From the NCBI GenBank assembly GCA_030390025.1, contig CM059452.1, positions 8,990,001-9,054,000 of the forward strand: DNA of 64,000 bases. The letters run 5' to 3'. A program made the translations under genes and the position numbers. Shown here one piece after another: positions 1-12,885 of this stretch. The notes beneath the pieces are model-generated. The model made no database searches and was not told the origin of the DNA. It saw only the letters and a program-made list of their open reading frames with translations. This DNA comes from Squalus acanthias (lineage: Eukaryota). Numbering within the stretch: the stretch's first letter is position 1; every line of letters starts with the position of its first letter.

Positions 1-838
1 CCATGCCTGCATGCGGCTAGACCTGGACGACATTTAGGCTTGGGCTGATAAGTGGCAAGTAATATTCGCACCACACAAGTACCAGGCAATGATTATCTCC
101 AACAAGCGAGAGTCTAACCCCCACCGCTTGACATTTAACGGCATTGCCATCGCCGCATCCCCCACCATGAACATCCTGGGGGGTTTACCAATGACCAGAA
201 ACTTAACTGGACCAGCAACATAAATACAACAAGAGCGGGTCAGCGGCTCTGTATTCAGCGGGCAGGTATTCTCCTGTCTCCCCAAAGCCTTTCCACCATC
301 TACAAGGCACAAGTCAGGAGTGTGATGGGATACTCTCCACTTGCCTGGACGAGTGCAGCTCCAACAACACTCAAGAATCTCGACACCATCCAGGACAAAG
401 CAACCCGCTTAATTGACACCCCATCCACCACCTTAAACATTCGCTCCCTTCACCACCGTCGCACCGTGGCTGCAGTGTGTACCATCTACAAGATGCACTG
501 CACCAACTCGTAAATGCTTCTTCGACAGCTCTTCTCAAATCCGCGACCTCTACCACATAGAAGGACACGGGCAGCAGGCTTATGGGAATAGAATCACCTG
601 CAAGTTCCCCTGCAAGTTAGACACCATCCTGACGTGGAAATATATTGCCGTTTCTTCATCGTCGCTGGGTAAGATCCTGGAACTCCCTCCCTGACGGCAC
701 TGTGGGAGTACCTTCACCACACGGACTACAGCGGTTCAAGAAGGCGGCTCACCACCCTCTTCTCAAGGGCAACTAGGGATGGGCAATAAATGCTGGGCTT
801 GTCAGCGTCGCCCACATCCCGGAACGAATAATAAAAAA
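1..838 (+). mobile_element. 3' part of a degenerate CR1/L2-group LINE (RT C-terminus and 3' UTR)
   Basis: Fragmented reading frames such as AWADKWQV...YSPLAWTSAAPTTLKNLDTIQDKA...LHHRRTVAAVCTIYKMHC. Ends in AATAAATGC...GAATAATAAAAAA. Confidence 0.8.
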
Positions 839-1467
839 GATCCAATTCAAGAATTATATTAGGTTGTGCTTTCATCTCGCATTTATAACAAAACTTAACT
901 CCCCTTTTGTCTTTCGACGCCCTTTCCGTGCCTGCCTGCAATATTGTGCAGCCCTTTGCACATCTCCCCTGTCAGAGTCCCGGACCCTTTGATCGCGGCC
1001 TGTACACAGGGTTTATTTGATCAGAGTATGTTGCGAGGTCACAGACAGTTTATACACAATGAACACATTTCACAAGGTAGTAATTTTACTCTTTAAAACA
1101 GGCCCCAAGCACAGAGTTCCCCCAATGTCCATTGTCCTTCAGAATGTCTCTTTAATGCTGGAATTTTTTCTGTCACCATTAACAACTCCTCAGCTTCCGG
1201 GTTACAATAACCAGACAAGAGTTTCATTCCCACCCCCGGTCTCTAAAAGCGGAACCATTCCCCTATAAGGACACTGACTGTAGCCCAGCTCGGGGTGTTT
1301 CCATTCACGGGCAGCCAGCTCACCACCTACCGGTCTCACAGCACCACTGGGGACAAAAGGAAGTGAGGTGAGAGCATCCTGAGACACGACAGCAGATTAT
1401 TGAGGCCGGGGATTAGAACGGATGTCTTCAAATATCCAACCCCCCTTTTAAAGAGCGGACAGCGACA

Positions 1468-1512
1468 ATGCGGCTACTCAGCATCTGGGCTGTTTGGGGG
1501 CATTTCTGACAG
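1468..1512 (+). pseudogene. Orphan, frameshifted TCR V leader exon (paralog of the 19506 leader)
   Basis: ATGCGGCTACTCAGC...ACAG|GTAATT. The stretch 1220-1545 is nearly identical to 19262-19590. One G is missing from the G-run, giving a TGA. An L2 fragment follows instead of a V exon. Confidence 0.8.
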
Positions 1513-1549
1513 GTAATTATGGGCCAAACACATTACATCTTTTCTTTAA

Positions 1550-1900
1550 TCTCCAAAAACTGAATTGGAGGCGCACAGAGATCTCGGAGGGTTGTGGGGC
1601 TGGAGGCAGTTACAGAAATAGGGAGGGGCGAGGCCATGGAGTGGGATTTGTATACACGGATGAGAATATTGAAATCGATGCGTTGCCTTACCGGGAGCCA
1701 AAGAAGGTCAGCGAGCACAGGCGTGATGGGCGAACGGGACTCGGAGCGAGTTACGATACGGGCAGTAGAGCTTTGAATGAGCTCAAGTTTACGGGTGGTG
1801 TAAGGTGGCAGGCCGGCCAGTCGAGCATTGGAATAGTCGAGTCTCGAGGTAACAAGGACGAGGGTTTCAGCGGAAGGTGAACTGTGGTCGGGGCGAGTTA
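1550..1900 (-). mobile_element. L2-type LINE fragment
   Basis: Minus-strand ORF LADLLWLPVRQRIDFNILIRVYKS matches the L2 ORF2 C-terminal LHWLPV..RI.FK motif. Confidence 0.7.
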
Positions 1901-2084
1901 AAATGCTGTTATCCAGTTAAAGCATTCGGTCCATTTTACCAGGAATAGATTTGCACGAGATAGTCCCTCACCTTCTGTTGTACCTTCCAGTCGAACAGTT
2001 TCTTACTTTACTCAGTATAACAGATTGCTACAGGAAATAGAACTGCTGTTCCAAGGGGTTGTTTGTGAAGATATAATAGAGCCC

Positions 2085-2525
2085 ATGTCGTACCGTCACC
2101 TCGTTATATTGTGCCTGCTGTTCGGTAAGTATGACCATGCATTGTGTCTGTGCACCAATGTGAGGTTAATAGACTTTCTATCTCAGTATTGTATTCAACC
2201 CTCAGTTAACTTTTATTTCAGGGGAGATTCAGGCAGATTCGGTGTCACAACCTCAGACCGCGCTCTATGTCACTGAAGGAGATGTTGTGAAAATAAACTG
2301 TAGCTACACAACAAGCTACAGTAACCCCGATCTGTACTGGTACCAGCAGCACACGAACCAGGCTCCGCGATTTATTTTGTACCAGGATAAAAACAGCAAA
2401 GACGAGGCGGATATTGCCAAGGGAAGGTTCGAGGCCGGCCAGACCAACGCAGAAACGAAGTTTCCTTTAACAATCACTCGAGCGGAAATCCAGGACACCG
2501 CCGTATATTTCTGCGGGCTGAGAAT
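2085..2525 (+). CDS. TRAV/TRDV: TCR alpha/delta V gene segment, apparently functional (leader 2085-2124, V exon 2222-2525)
   Basis: Leader MSYRHLVILCLLF with phase-1 GTAAGT donor and TTTCAG acceptor. Open V exon DSVSQPQ...INCSY...LYWYQQ...DTAVYFCGLR, followed by a 23-RSS. Confidence 0.92.
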
Positions 2526-2564
2526 CACATTGTCTTAAAACTCATCTGTCGCTGTACAAAAACC
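2526..2564 (+). promoter_or_regulatory. 23-bp-spacer recombination signal sequence (RSS)
   Basis: CACATTG + 23 nt + ACAAAAACC. Confidence 0.93.
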
Positions 2565-2624
2565 TCAGTGAAATAAAACTGCCGCATATAGTGCCTCCAG
2601 TTCAAGGGAACATATCAGCAAGTA

Positions 2625-2725
2625 TCAGCCGTGGCTGAGTGAGTAAGATTTTTGCCTCTGAGTCAGAAGGTTGTTGGGTTCAATTCCAACTCCAGACAGT
2701 TGAGCCCATAATCCAGGCTAACAAT
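2625..2725 (+). mobile_element. tRNA-derived SINE 5' fragment
   Basis: GTGGCTGAGTGAGTAAG...GGGTTCAATTCC, an A/B-box-like head. Confidence 0.5.
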
Positions 2726-3944
2726 CTCGGTACCAGTACCGATCCTACTTCACTATTTTGCTGGTACCAATTTATCTTGAGTGATTCACCGATACAAACA
2801 TGATTCTCGGGTGGTGCAGGACCCCCTTAAGAGACCCTGGCTGACACCCCGGGGTCACAGCCCTGAGTCAGAGGTCACAGGCTGCACCAACTGGGGCTCT
2901 TTCGCGCTGAGCGGAGGCTGGAGGAGGCGCGTGACGCCCTGACCCTGAATCAATGGGAGAAACAGCCAATCACGGTGCTGTGACGTGCTGAAAAGGTTGT
3001 GGCGTCATCCACTGCAGGGCAAACCGGCGGCCACCTCTGTGTGACGTACAGTTGGCCATGTTTGTGTGACGTAATACGTTGCGCAAGTCTGCCGTTTATT
3101 TACAAAAAACACCTCGATTAAAAGGAAAAGTGACTTCAGTTTGCACCAAATAACCGCCCCATCTTAATCCATAAAAGTGAAAGTTTGGCGCGCGAGAGAC
3201 TTATAAAGTTGTCGTTAAAACGGTTGGTGACGTGCGCATGTGCGAAAAGTTCTCTCAGTGTGACAGATGGGGGCTTCTCTCTGCCTTTGTGAATTGTGGG
3301 ACCCGCAGCCCTCCATGGCCCAGTCATTAACCGAGTGAATTCGGCAAAAGATACATTTCTATGGTGAGAAAAACAATTCTTTACACAGAAGGCGGTGAAA
3401 ATGTGGAATGAATACATGAATTATTTTAATAGAGAAATTGGATAGGAGTCTCAAAAGACGAACATTAAATGGTGTGAGGAGCGAGAGGAAAGTGCAGACA
3501 TGATGGGCTTAATCACTTCCAGAAACTCACCGAGCCCGGAGTCAGCGGGAGACAGGGAACAGGACAGAGAGACGGGTATCTGATTAGAGCAGATCGCGGC
3601 CCCCGGTTAGAGTGGTGAGGTGGTGGGGGTGTTGGGGGAGACGGATTGAGGCAGACACAGAGTTTAAACACCATCTCCACCCATTCCCAAACTTCCTTCC
3701 ACACCCTTCAGAAGGATAGTTATTACTTCCCCCGTTTAACCAGATGTGCTATTCCATCACATGCCTGAACTCCAGAAGTTTAGATGAAAAGCAGCGCAGC
3801 ACCAGAAGGAAAATACCGGAAGAAACTCGGGTCTGATCAGAAATATCTGGAAATGTTCCCAGGGCCGGGTAGCTCCGACATAATCCGATGAGACGGCGAA
3901 TAACGTCTGAGAGACAGGGAGGTTAAGTGAGTTATGGCCTGGTG

Positions 3945-4920
3945 TAATATAAAGAGAGACATTATCCAGTGCATTAATAACTGAGACAGTGTCTAGTATA
4001 ATATAAACAGAGACAGGGTCTAGTGTAATATAAACAGAGACATGGTCTGGTTTAATATAAACAGAGATAGGACCAAGTGTAATTTAAACAGAACAGAGTC
4101 CAGTGCAGTAATAATTGAGACAGGGTTTAGTGTAATATAAATAGAGACATGGTCGAGTGCAATAATTAAAGAGATACGGTCTAGATTAATATAAACAGAG
4201 ACAGGATCTAGTGTAATATAAACAGAGACAGGGTCTAGTGTAATATAAACCGATTCAGGGTCTGGTGTAATATAAACAGAGACAGGGTCTAGTGTAATAT
4301 AAACAGAGACAGAGTCTAGTGTAATATAAACAGAGACAGGTTCTAGTGTAATATAAACAGAGACAGGATCAAGTGTAATATAAACAGAGACAGGGTCTAG
4401 TGTAATATAAACAGAGACAGGGTCTCGTCTAATATAAACAGATATAGTGCCTAGTGTAATATAAATAGAGACAAGGTCTAGTGTAGTAATAACTGAGACA
4501 GGGTTTAGTGTAATATAAACAGAGAATCTAATATTATATAAAAAGAATAGGGTAATGACAGTGACAGGGCCTACTGTAATATAAACAGAGTCAGGGTCCA
4601 GTGCAGCAATAACTGAGACACGGTCTGGATAATATAAACAGAGACACGGTCTGGAACAGTAATAACTGAGTCAGGGTCTAGTTTAATATAAACAGAGCCA
4701 CGGTCTGGTGCAGTAATAAATGAGACAACGCCCAGTGTTATATACACGGACACAGTATCCAGTGCACTTATAACTGAGACAGGGCCTAGTTTAATATAAA
4801 GAGACATGCGTTGGTGCATTAATAATTGAGACAGGGCCTAGTGTAACACAAACGGAGACCGCGTCTAGTGCAATAATAACTGAGACCGGGGCCGAGTGTA
4901 ATATAAACAGAGACAGGACC
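3945..4920. repeat. 27-bp minisatellite, left part (TAGTGTAATATAAACAGAGACAGGGTC)n
   Basis: Direct tandem units with 27-bp period, more diverged at the edges. Confidence 0.95.
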
Positions 4921-7318
4921 AGGAGTAGGCCATTCGGCCCTTCGAGCCTGCTCCGTCATTCAATGAGATTATTGCTGATCTTCTGCCTCAACTCCATTCA
5001 CCGGCCCTATCGCCATATCCCTTGATGCCCTTACTCGTCAGAAATCTATCGACTTCCGTTTTGAATATACCCAATGACTGAACTTCCACAGCCCTCTGGG
5101 GTAGAGAAATCCAAAGATTTACCACCCTCTTTTTGAAGAAATTTCTTCTCATCTCAGTCCTGAATGGCCTACCTTTTGTTTTGAGGCTGTGGCCCCTGGT
5201 TCTAGACTCCCTAGCCAAGGGAAACATTCTCCCAGCATCCATCCTATCAAGCCCTGTAATAATTTTGTATGCTTCAATGAGATCCCCTCTCATTCTTCTG
5301 AATTCAAGAGAATACAGGCCTAGTTTACTCAATCTCTTCTCATACGACAGTCCCGCCATCCCAGGAATCAATCTCGTGAACCTTCGTTGCACTCCCTCTA
5401 TGGCAAGTTTATCCTTCCTTAGGTAAGGAGACCAAAATTGTACACAGTACTCCAGGTGTGGTCTCACCAAGGCCCTATATAATTGGAGTAAGACTTCTTT
5501 ACTCCTATACTCAAATCCTCTTGTAATGAAGGCCAGCATACCATTTGCCTTCCTAATGGCTTGCTGCACCTGCACATTCACTTTCAGTGACTCATATACA
5601 AGGACACCCAGGTCCCTTTGAGCATCTGCATTCCCCAATCTTTCACCATTTAGGAAATACCCTGCCTTTCTGTTTTTTCTACCGAAGTGGATAACATCAC
5701 ATTTATCCACATTACATTCCATCTGCCATGTTCTCGCCCACTCACTGAGCCTGTCGAGATCCCCTTGAAGCCTCTTCACATCCTCTTCGCAACTGACACT
5801 GCCACATAGCTTTGTATCATCAGCAAATTTGGAAATGTTACATTTAGTCCCCTCATCCAAATCATTGAGATAGATTGTGAATAGCTGGGGCCCAAGCACC
5901 GATCCTTGCGGTACCCCACTAGTCACAGCCTGCCATCCTGTAAAAGACCCGTTTATCCCTACTCTTTGTTTTCTGTCTGTTAACCAATTCTCAATCCATG
6001 CTAGTATATTACCCCCAATTACATGTGCCCTAATTTTGTTCACCAACCTCTTGTGTGGGACCTTATCGAAGGCCTTCTGAAAATCCAGATACACCACATC
6101 TACCGGTTCCCCTTTGTCTACTCCACTAGTTACATCCTCAAAGAACTCCAATAGGTTTGTCAAACAGGATTTCCCTTTCATAAATCCATGTTGACTCTGC
6201 CCAATCTTACTATTAGTTTCTAAGTACCCAGTTATTGCATCCTTTATAATAGATTCCAGCATTTTCCCAACTACTGATGTGAGGCTAACAGGTCTGTAGT
6301 TCCCCGTTTTCTCTCTCCCTCCTTTCTTAAATAGCGGGTTTACATTTGCTATCCTCCAATCTGCAGGAACCGTTCCAGAATCTACAGAATGTTGGAAGAT
6401 GACAACCAATGCGTCCACTATTCCAATGGCCACCTCTTTCAAAACCCTAGGATGTAGGTCATCCGGTCCTTGGGATTTATCGACTTTTAGTCCAATTAAT
6501 TTTGCTAGTACTGTTTTCTTACTAATAATAATTTCTTTAAGTTCCTCTTTCTCGTTACACCCTTGGCTTTCTCGTATTTCTGGGAGGTTTTTGTGTCTTC
6601 CTCCGTGAAGACAGAAACAAAGTATTTATTTAATTTCTCAGCCATTTCCTCATTCCCCATTATAAATTCTCCCTGTCTCTGACTGTAAAGGACCTACATT
6701 TACCTTCGCCAGTCTTTTCCTTTTCACATACCTATAGAAACTTTTACAATCCGTTTTAAATGTTTTGCTAGTTTGTGCTCATATTCCATTTTCCCTTTCT
6801 TTATCAATTTCTTGGTCCCCCTTTGCTGATTTCTAAAAAGATCCCAATCCTCAGGCTGACCGCTTTTTCTGGCAACTTTATAAGCTTCCTCCTTTGACTT
6901 AATACTAGCTTTAATTTCTTTTGTTAGCTATGGTTGGATCACTTTTCCTTTTGGTTTTTTATGCCCGAGAGGAATATATGTTTGTTGCAAATTATGCATT
7001 ATTTCCTTGAATGTTAGCCATTGTATGTCCACCTTCATACCTTTTAGTGTAGTCTCCCAATCTACCATGGCCAACTTGTCCCTCATTCCCTTGTAGTTTC
7101 CTCTGTTTAGATAGAAGATCTTAGTTTCAGATTGGACTACATCACTCTCAAGCTTAATGCAAAATTCAATCATATTATGGTCACTTGTCCCTAAAGGCCC
7201 CTTTACCACAAGATTATTGATTAGCCGTTTCTCCTTACACAGTACCAGATCCAGAATAGCCTGTTCCCTGGTTGGTTCCTCCACATACTGATCCAGGAAA
7301 CCTTCTCGCATGCATTAC
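4921..7318 (-). mobile_element. 5'-truncated CR1 LINE inserted in the minisatellite (RT ORF 4988-6442)
   Basis: 484-aa ORF with [31 protein letters not shown] and FADDT motifs. Endonuclease C-terminal part (SDHN) at 6928-7311. Confidence 0.95.
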
Positions 7319-7324
7319 AGGCTG

Positions 7325-10300
7325 GGTCCATTGCAGTCATAAATGAGACAGGATCTAGTGTAATATAAACAGTGACATGGTCTAGTGCAGTAATAACTGA
7401 GACAAGGCCTACTGTAATATATACAGAGACTGGGTCCATTGAAGTAAAAACTGAGACAGGGTCTAGTGTAATATAAACAGAGACAGGATCTAGTGTAAGA
7501 AAACAGAGACAGGGTCCAGTGTAATATAAACAGAGACAGGGTCCAGTGTAACATAAACAGAGACAGGGCCTAGTGTAATATAAACAGAGACAGGGTCCAG
7601 TGTAATATAAACAGAGACAGGGCCTAGTGTAATATAAACAGAGACAGGGCCTAGTGTAATATAAACAGAGACAGGTTCTAGTGTAATTTAAACAGAGACA
7701 GGGTCTAGTGTAATATCAACAGAGACAGGGTTAGGTGTAATATAAAAAGAGAAAGGGTCAAGTGTAATATAAACAGAGACAGGGTCTAGTGTAATGTAAA
7801 CAGAGACAGGGTCTAATGTAGTAATAACTGAGGCCGGGTCTAGTTTAATATAAACAGAGACAGGGTGTAGTGTAATATAAACAGAGACAGGGTCCAGTGT
7901 AATATAAACAGAGACAGGGCCTAGTGTAATATTAACAAAGACAGGGCCTAGTGTAATATAAACAGAGACAGGGTCTAGTGTAATTTAAACAGAGACAGGG
8001 TCTAGTGTAATATCAACAGAGACAGGGTCTAGCGTAATATAAACAGAGACAGGGTCAAGTGTAATATAAACAGAGACAGGGTCTAGTGTAATATAAACAG
8101 AGACAGGGTCTAGTGTAGTAATAACTGAGGCCGGGTCTAGTGTAATATAAACAGAGACAGTGTCTAGTGTAATATAAACAGAGACATGGTCCAGTGTAAT
8201 ATAAACAGAGACAGGGCCTAGTGTAATATAAACAGAAACAGGGCCTAGTGTAATATAAAGAGAGACAGCGTCTAGTGTAATATAAACAGAGACATGGTCT
8301 CGTGTAATATAAACAGAGACAGGGTCTGGTGTAATATAAACAGAGACAGGGTCTAGTGTAATATAAACAGAGACATGGTCGATTGTAATATAAACAGAGA
8401 CAGGTCCTAGTGTAATATAAACAGAGACAGGGTCTAGTGTAATATAAACAGAGGCAGGCTCTAGTGTAATATAAACAGAGACATGGTCTAGTGCAGTAAC
8501 AACTGAGACAGGGCCCAGTGTAATATAAACAGAGACATGGTCTAGTGTAATATAAACAGAGGCAGGGCCTAGTGTAATATAAACAGCGACAGGGTCTCGT
8601 GTAATATAAACCGAGACATGGTCTAGTGTAATATAAACAGAGACAGGGCCTAGTGTAATATAAACAGAGACAGTGTCTAGTGTAATATAAACAGAGACAG
8701 GGCCTAGTGTAATATAAACAGAGACAGGGTCCAGTGTAATATAAACAGAGACAGGGCCTAGTGTAATATAAATAGAGACAGGTCCCAGTGTTATATAAAC
8801 AGAGACAGTGTCTAGTGTAATATAAACAGAGGCAGGCTCTAGTTTAACATAAACAGAGACATGGTCTAGTGTAATATAAACAGAGACAGGGCCTAGTGTA
8901 ATATAAACAGTGACAGGGTCTAGTGTAATATAAACAGAGACAGGGTCTAGTGTAAGAAAACAGAGACAGGGTCCAGTGTAATATAAACAGAGACAGGGTC
9001 CAGTGTAATATAAACAGAGACAGGGCCTAGTGTAATTTAAACAGAGACAGGGTCCAGTGTAATATAAACAGAGACAGGGCCTAGTGTAATATAAACAGAG
9101 ACAGGGCCTAGTGTAATATAAACAGAGACAGGGTCTTGTGTAATTTAAACAGAGACAGGGCCTAGTGTAATATCAACAGAGACAGGGTCTAGTGTAATAT
9201 AAACAGAGACAGGGTCAAGTGTAATATAAACAAAACAGGGTCTAGTGTAATATAAACAGAGACAGGGTCTAGTGTAATATAAACAGAGACAGGGTCCAGT
9301 GTAATATAAACAGAGACAGGGCCTAGTGTAATATAAACAGAGACAGGGCCCAGTGTAATATAAACAGAGACAGGGTCTAGTGTAATATAAACAGAGACAG
9401 GGTCTGGTGTAATATAAACAGAGACAGGGTCTAGTGTAATATAAACAGAGACATGGTCTAGTGTAATATAAACAGAGACACGGCCTAGTGTAATATAAAC
9501 AGAGACTGTGTCTAGTGTAATATAAACAGAGACAGGGCCCAGTGTAATATAAACAGAGACATGGTCTAGTGTAATATAAACAGAGACAGGGTCTAGTGTA
9601 ATATAAACAGAGACATGGTCTAGTGTAATATAAACAGAGACAGGGCCTAGTGTAATATAAACAGAGACAGGGTCTAGTGTAATATAAATAGAGACAGGGC
9701 CTAATGTAATATAAACAGAGACAGGGTCTAGTGTAATATAAACTGAGACAGGGTCTAGTGTAATATAAACAGAGACAGGGCCTAGTGTAATATAAACAGA
9801 GACAGGGTCTCGTGTAACATAAACAGAGACAGGGTCTAGTGTAATATCAACAGAGACAGGGTCTAGTGTAATATAAACAGAGACAGGGTCTAGTGTAATA
9901 TAAACAGAGACAGGGTCTAGTGTAATATAAACAGAGACAGGGTCTAGTGTAACATAAACAGAGACCGGGTCTAGTGTAATATAAACAGAGACAGGGTCTA
10001 GTGTAGTATAAACAGAGACAGGGTCTAGTGTAATATAAACAGAGACAGGGTCTAGTGTAACATAAACAGAGACAGGGTCTAGTGTAATATAAACAGAGAC
10101 AGGGTCTAGAGTAATATAAACAGAGACAGGGTCTAGTGTAATATAAACAGAGACAGGGTCTAGTGTAATATAAACAGAGACAGGGCCTAGTGTAATATAA
10201 ACAGAGACAGGGTCTAGTGTAATATAAACAGAGACAGGGTCTCGTGTAATATAAACAGAGAAATGGTCTAGTGCATTAATAACTGAGACAGGGCCCAGTG
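7325..10300. repeat. 27-bp minisatellite, right part (about 3 kb)
   Basis: Same 27-bp unit, roughly 110 copies. Confidence 0.97.
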
Positions 10301-10459
10301 TATGAACTACACAACTGTCTGTTTATGACACACTGAGGAAACATTTTGGATTGAGGAATTGCTATCCTCCTTTATCGGCCCTCACAGTAACTTTAGTCCA
10401 TGAAACACAGTGACACCGTGAGTTCGCTGTCAGTCTCCCGTGCCGTAACAGCTGCTGTT

Positions 10460-11269
10460 TATAGTGGCTCTTGCCCTAAATACACAGAAGTATTTCCTGG
10501 AATCCCCAGCTGTCACCTGTGAAACCGTTATACTGACGGCTCTGAAAATGTTGGCCAAAGATGAGGTGCTGTAGCGCCATCCAGTGGCGAAAGGAGGACA
10601 CTGGAATCCTGTCTGTGAAACCTTGTTTCTCAATTTATTAATGATTTAACAGGATTATTATTGTACCAGTTTATTATTGTGATTATTTTGTTATTATTAC
10701 TGTAACTGCTGCCATTTTATTGCATTGCTTTTACTATCGTTGCTATTTGATATTAATTCTTAGATATCTTATGTCAGTTTTCTGGTCTGCCCAAGTTACG
10801 AACACAATACCTGTTCATTTGCATAAACTAGATGAACTTCACGTTAATAATTCCACAGTTGGTAATTTCTAATCATTCAATATGGAGATCAATCACAATT
10901 CAGTAACTACATGAATCAAAGATGATTCATATTTGGCTGCTGAGGAGTAATCTGAATGTTGAATCCAAACGATATATATTCCTCATCAAGGTAATTTTTT
11001 TTTAGCAATTTTGCGCATCCGTATCCCCAGTACCAAAGAAGAGCCGGCAGTCCAGTTCAGCCCGTTCCCCTTCCCGAGACACCACCTGCTCAGCGGGTGA
11101 GATCCGATCCTCACACCGAACGGCTGTGAACAAAACAAACTCACTCAACAACCACAAGCTATTAAGAGATGAATGAAACAAGGCGTCTGAGCTGATAAAT
11201 GAACTCACACAACATCAACAGCACCAGGGCTCCAACTGGAAACAGGTCTTTGCCGAGGTTCCTGTTCAT
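10460..11269 (-). pseudogene. Disrupted TCR V pseudogene (leader 11269-11209, V 5' part from 11123, V 3' part about 10620-10460)
   Basis: Leader MNRNLGKDLFPVGALVLLML|GTGAGT, then SVRCEDRISPAEQVVSREGERAELDC with WY out of frame. About 400 bp of AT-rich insert, then SITVSQVTAGDSRKYFC. No good RSS. Confidence 0.7.
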
Positions 11270-12473
11270 GACGATGAAGATGGACAAAAGGCGGATCAAT
11301 CCGGGTCTGATTTCCAGACTAGACCTTGCTGCCGAGTCCCGGACTTTCAATGGTTGGGAGGGTGAGTAAAGGGGAGAGCTTCACTTTCACCCCGTACAGT
11401 GTGGGACTGATGGGCGACATTCTCACCAATCGGTCTATTATGGGATGTTGTCACCTGACGTCATTCATAGTCCCACTCGGGGATTGGCTGTCTGTCAAAC
11501 CAGAGACCCCTTGAACCGTCACTGGGAAGGAACTCCACTGGTCGCTGTGTGTAACGACAGATTAAATTGTTCAGGAAGATTTGATCTCTGTCGTATTTCT
11601 ATCTCAAATGGTCATCGTGGTCTTAGAATCATAGAATTTTACAGCATCATCAGCTTTTTCCAAACTTTCTGTCTCTGAACCCCTAAATCTTTCTCCTTAT
11701 TTACTCCTTTAAATTAATATTTACCTCATATTTCCTCCTCTTCTCCGTCCTCTTTATAGTTACCGTGATGTCCGTCCTGCCTTTGGTCTCGATGCTTTCG
11801 TTGTATAAGCAAACAGAAGCGAAAATTTTTGACTGACCTTTAAGTCCTGTATCAATGTGAAAACCCCTGACAGACAGGCGCGCCACCTGGTGGTGGCTTC
11901 GGGTAAATGCGTATTTGTCGAATTGGTCAAACTAAGTATTCACTCTCTGAATTCTTTGTATTTTGTTCCTATTTATTTTACTGTGAACAGGATGTTTACT
12001 GCAGGGAGAAATTTAACCACCACGGAGCTAAATATTGTAGTAACTTCCATTTTCATGTATTTCATTTGAAGTGACACTAAATAATAAAACTGAAAACGCC
12101 ATAAAGTATTATATAAGGTTTTATTTTAATTCATTCTCTGGATGTCGGCGTCGCTGGCAAGGCCGGCATTTATTGACCATCCCTAGTTGTCCTGACGACT
12201 GTGTGTAGCTTCCTAAGTGAGTATTTAATAACGTGACACCACCATATTGATGTATCCCAGTGAAATCCCGGTTGCTGGGTAACCCAGTCCCTCAGGGATT
12301 CCTACAAGTGCGTCCACTTAAAGTGGCGACACCATTAACCCTTTCTTTAACCCTGTAGATCTTTGTTAGATGACTCTAAATGTCAATACTGCAATTCTGA
12401 ATGTTTCTTTTCTAAAGGGAGACCCAAGATGGTGAGGTTAAAAGTCCTGATCTCGATGATGGAGATCGACAAG

Positions 12474-12885
12474 ACTTATTGTACAGGATGTCTCACCGTT
12501 TGCCCCAATGTGCGTGTTCGCACAGTAATACACCCCGGAGTCTGGAGCCGCGGTTTCCCGCACACCGAAAATGAAATCGAACCCTCCGCTCCCGTCGGTT
12601 GTATTACCCTGATAGGTGGAGATTGTAAATTCCGGTGCCCAGCCCTGTATTTGCCGGTACCACAAAATCCTATCGCTGCTCCTGGTGGTCGCACCGCACC
12701 GGATTTTAACCGATTGTCCCTCCACCGCCGTCACCTGCTCGGTTTGGGAAATCCCTCCTCACCACGGACCCCTGCTAATACAAGACAAACATGCAACACG
12801 CTCAATAGGTTTATTTTACAATCAATCTTCTTCATTCAGAATAGTCACATGACAATAAAAAGGTGTCGGTTCCAATTCGATGCAT
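12474..12885 (-). pseudogene. TCR V pseudogene with intact-looking 23-RSS
   Basis: ISQTEQVTAVEGQSVKIRC...LWYRQ...DSGVYYCA. Frameshift near the exon start (12771) and an apparent internal deletion. RSS CACATTG(12512-12506) + 23 + ACAATAAGT. Weak leader near 12885. Confidence 0.82.

Noticed and set aside
3945-10300. Long regular arrays (27, 60 and 67 bp) as CRISPR-like
   Set aside because: Units are contiguous with no unique spacers, and the context is vertebrate. They are minisatellites.
10406-10412. Isolated CACAGTG
   Set aside because: No nonamer at 12 or 23 nt.
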